From: Felis catus
Taxonomy: Eukaryota
NCBI RefSeq assembly: GCF_018350175.1
Contig: NC_058368.1
Span: 161,450,001-161,514,000 of the forward strand
Direction of reading: 5' to 3'
DNA length: 64,000 bases
The translations under genes and the position numbers were made by a program. The notes below the pieces were generated by a model. It was not told the DNA's origin and did not search any database. It was given only the letters and a program-made list of their open reading frames with translations. Below, piece by piece: positions 63,899 through 64,000 of the stretch; within the stretch, counting starts at the first letter, position 1; each line of letters begins with the position of its first letter.

Positions 63899-64000
63899 TT
63901 CAGCCCTGTACTTAAAAAAAAAAAAGTTTTCATTAATATATTTGGAGGGGAGGGGTTGGTTTAGGAAATTTAATACTATATTCATAAAAAAAAAGAGTTT

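Noticed and set aside
1..64000. Host protein-coding gene or novel multi-gene system
   Set aside because: No ORF in the track resembles a cellular protein I recognise. The longer ORFs fall in L1, L2 or SINE sequence, and I found no convincing chain of exons or CpG-island promoter.

Overview
Repeat-dense, apparently non-coding (intergenic or deep-intronic) mammalian DNA from a cat-family genome, judged from felid-type CanSINEs (SINEC_Fc-like) and carnivore LINE-1s. I could not identify any host protein-coding gene, RNA gene or CRISPR-like system. The ORF track is explained by L1, L2, ERVL and SINE remnants or by chance. Main contents: two full-length, dead, minus-strand L1s (about 32.2-39.1 kb and 47.6-54.8 kb), about 20 CanSINEs, a long L2, an ERVL/LTR16-type provirus remnant, MaLR/MLT2/MER31-like LTRs and a Zaphod/MER115-like hAT. 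The best observations concern the two large L1s. They are clearly diverged over most of their length but share an almost identical ~2.5 kb ORF2 tract, including the same inactivating mutations. This points to non-allelic gene conversion (or an assembly artefact), with one tract edge falling on a SINE insertion. The second L1 also carries a 3' transduction and apparently its source element's TSD at both ends. Repeat family names come from remembered consensus sequences, identities are by-eye counts, and boundaries of old repeats are approximate.
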